From NCBI RefSeq assembly GCF_964204645.1, contig NC_134029.1, positions 14,998,950-15,062,949 of the forward strand: DNA of 64,000 nucleotides, written 5' to 3'. Origin of the DNA: Tubulanus polymorphus (Eukaryota; Animalia; Nemertea). The notes under the pieces are model-generated. The model worked only from the letters and a program-made list of their open reading frames with translations. It was not told the origin of the DNA and did no database searches. The position numbers were made by a program, and so were the translations under genes. Of the stretch, positions 61,187-64,000 are shown one piece after another (the first letter of the stretch is position 1; the number at the start of each line of letters is the position of its first letter).

Positions 61187-62634
61187 AGTTTGGATCAAGA
61201 TGCATACGTCCTATTGAAAATTATGAATTGTATACGGTAAGCGTCTCTTCAGTAAGTTATCGAAATATAATTACATAAGTGTTGTGAAACTGAAGTATAT
61301 ATAACGCATTGTTGCCAATGAGTTAACTCCTGATCTGGGTTTAATCTAATATAGGAGATAAAGACAACCATAAATAAAAGTGAATAATAGCTTGATTGTC
61401 GTGATATTGGTTTTTTTTTGCTGAAATATCACTAGTCTCTAGGATTTATTTTCTGTAGTCTGAATGGATGTCATTGCTTGTCAGTTAGAAAAGAAAGAGT
61501 TATGAAATATTTATATAATCTCTGTGTTTTTATTTGATTGTAAGGTACCCTTATCGGATTTGTGAAGATGAGACCGTCGGGATATGACAGCACTACGATG
61601 GAAGAATGTCTTCTTCTGTCAACCGCAATAGATGTTGACGGGTACCCCCTGATAGTGACCATATGGAGATGGGGACTTGTTGGGAGGTATCATGAAACTC
61701 TATTCGATGCAACTGATAGTTTGAAAAACCAGCAACTGGTATGCTCTGGCCGAGATGGGTGATATTAATTCACCGATTCGTCAATTAACGAGGAAAAAGG
61801 AACAACTATATACAGCCTACAACAACGATCTAGGGCGTTGCCGTTTCAACGGGATGGAATCATGCTCGATGATAAGTCATGCGATTCTGGCCATTGTTAG
61901 TGGTGTTTGTCACTCTCGAAGGCCTGTTATATACTCACAAACTTAAGTGATGAAGGGTGGACAAAGACACCTGGCCAATGCGATACGAAATGTGAAGAAA
62001 AGTGATAATTTCCGTAGACATTTTAGCGGAGTAAAGCCGAGTGTGTTCAAGATGGCTCCCGTGTAGTTACATTAACATTCGATGGAATGTCGTTCGCTCA
62101 AGCCGTAAGATGCGAATACATTACTGTTCCGTTTCTATATTAACTGTGGAGAAAAGACTCCGATATAGTAACCGTAGTACTATAGCGTCTATGAATAACG
62201 AGCAAGTATCAGCTGAACATCAATGCGTTTTGCCGTACTATCGACGTTGCAGTACGCGCTTCGAGGAACTGCGGTGGATGACGTCATTCGTCCGTCCATG
62301 ACGTACTTTGTTGTGTCTGGTAGCTGTTGCGTCACTTCGCGGTAAATTCTAAACTCAAACTGTGAACTGTTTTGTGCTTAACTTTCGACTGTTTAGTGTG
62401 CGGGGACAGCGGTCTCGAATGAACTTTTTTCCGATTGGGTATCCAGAACTTTAAATACGATTTTATGATAAACTATATCACGAACTTAATGCGTTGTAGT
62501 GTCGAACTCTTAAGAAATAGTTACTCGTTATAATGAATTGTTTACTAATGTTCTTTTTCAGGATTTGTTCTAGAGGTATCAGCGGGATATTCACGGGTTG
62601 GTTTAAATTCAAAATCTCGGGACGAAATTTAAAC

Positions 62635-62648
62635 TGGATAGGGAGTGT
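62635..62648 (+). promoter_or_regulatory. Polypurine tract
   Basis: GGATAGGGAGTGT immediately before the 3' LTR. Confidence 0.6.
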
Positions 62649-63911
62649 TGATCCACAGCTAGATTTTCGTAGTAACTGAAAAATGTTTCGTAGTATTTAG
62701 AAATGTTCTTAATGTTGTTTCCGTATGCGTGGGGGTTACGTTAAAGCCGTCAGACAAGAACGTACTAGTAGTAAGAATTACGAAAGTTCTTGTTTGATGC
62801 TTTCATCTACCAACGCAAACCATAAATCAGTCTATAAACAACAATTCTTTCTCGGTTCTTCTGCTGTGAGATCTGGCAAACATTCAGAAAATCTTTATAT
62901 AAAACTTTTAAATAGTTGGAACCATATTTGGTTGGGTCGGAACAATGGAGTGTATTTATAATGAGGCTCGTGAAGGGATCACGCTGATACTTGATGATAT
63001 TCCCGGCTACTTTCCGTAAAAGGAAAAACCGGAAGTTTAGGAAGATGTGGTTGTTTTGCTTATCCTGTATTAAAATAGAATTAGTTAAATTGTAGATAAA
63101 ATAATTAGTATAAGTATTTCAAATAATTTAAGAATTGATAATCAATCACAATGTACTCCGAATCGTAGTTAATTATAATAATTAAAAAAGAAACAATGAA
63201 TTTGTACTGTAATTATAAAAGAAAACAAAGTTTTGAAAAGATATTTAATTTGAGTAATCTAGATGTTGTTTAAGAACAAATTGTTAATAACCGCTAATGT
63301 TTTAGAAAAATTAATTTGTGTTAAATGTTAAAACTAGCTGTCTGAAGTTTCTGTTGTCTGTATGCGCTCGTTGGTAATTCACAGACAATAGCTGCTCTCT
63401 CAACAACGACTAGCAAGGAGTGAGTAAATCACAACGCGTCATGACAGGAGGGTTGGAAGGAAAAAGTTAGTTTAGCAAATCAGTTTTGAAAATAATTTTA
63501 GATCAGCGAATCATTAAGGCCAAATTCTATATGACCAAAACAGTCATGACAGTAAGGTTGCTGCTCCTTGCCAAAAGTCGAGTGGGAGAGTCGGTATTTT
63601 AAGAATGCCGATTCTTTCTATAAAAGGGACCCGCATCTTGAGAGAGCAGTCAATCGGGAGAATCTGTATCTTAGTAAGACGAGTGTCGACAGCAGGACAG
63701 GAGAAGCTTCGGAACGATAGGGATTCATATAATAGGGATTAGGAAAATCATTCTCAGGTTCAAGGTAAATAAAATATATTATCTTCAATATTATCATCCG
63801 GTATTTCAGTTTATTCATTCGGATTTGTGCACGGACACGTTCTCTCGCCAGGGCCTTACTCAAGTATTTTAATAGATAACGATTAAAGAGAGGATTGTGA
63901 CCGGTGTATCA
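62649..63911 (+). repeat. 3' LTR (1,263 bp)
   Basis: Direct repeat of 56257-57519. Confidence 0.95.
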
Positions 63912-64000
63912 ATATGCACTACGTAAATCTTTTATAGTTTGTTAAATTTGCTGGATGGTATTTCGCGAAAGAATGATTTATTAGTCTAGGTAAGCCACTC

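Larger units (their letters stand above)
56257..63911 (+). mobile_element. Young non-autonomous Ty3/Gypsy-like LTR retrotransposon (gag + protease only)
   Basis: Paired LTRs with TGAT...ATCA ends, ATAT TSD (56253-56256, 63912-63915), PBS, purine-rich tract before the 3' LTR, gag and protease ORFs. Confidence 0.95.

Overview
Repeat-only eukaryotic DNA, probably from an invertebrate animal (inferred from the element families); no host gene is recognisable. Three compartments. (1) 1-~35,970: a head-to-tail concatemer of at least 8 non-autonomous Helentron-type (HINE/DINE-like) units of about 4-7.6 kb. Most carry arrays of a 31-bp satellite with a palindromic core, plus nested HINEs and MITEs. 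The many ORFs here are satellite artefacts. (2) ~37,120-54,960: an AT-rich, pseudogenised Polinton/Maverick (adintovirus-like) element with protein-primed PolB, minor and major capsid, packaging ATPase, chromodomain integrase and many membrane-protein ORFs. It has a 195-bp hairpin at its left edge and TAAATG at 13 gene starts. (3) ~54,970-63,911: a probable LTR remnant, then a very young Ty3/Gypsy-like element (1,263-bp LTRs, ATAT TSD, tRNA-Phe PBS). It encodes only Gag plus a -1-frameshifted acidic/protease ORF (no RT/IN), and its leader holds seven periodic antisense tRNA T-arm hairpins. The best novelty candidates are that T-arm array and the TAAATG cassette of the Polinton. All calls are by eye; no searches were run.
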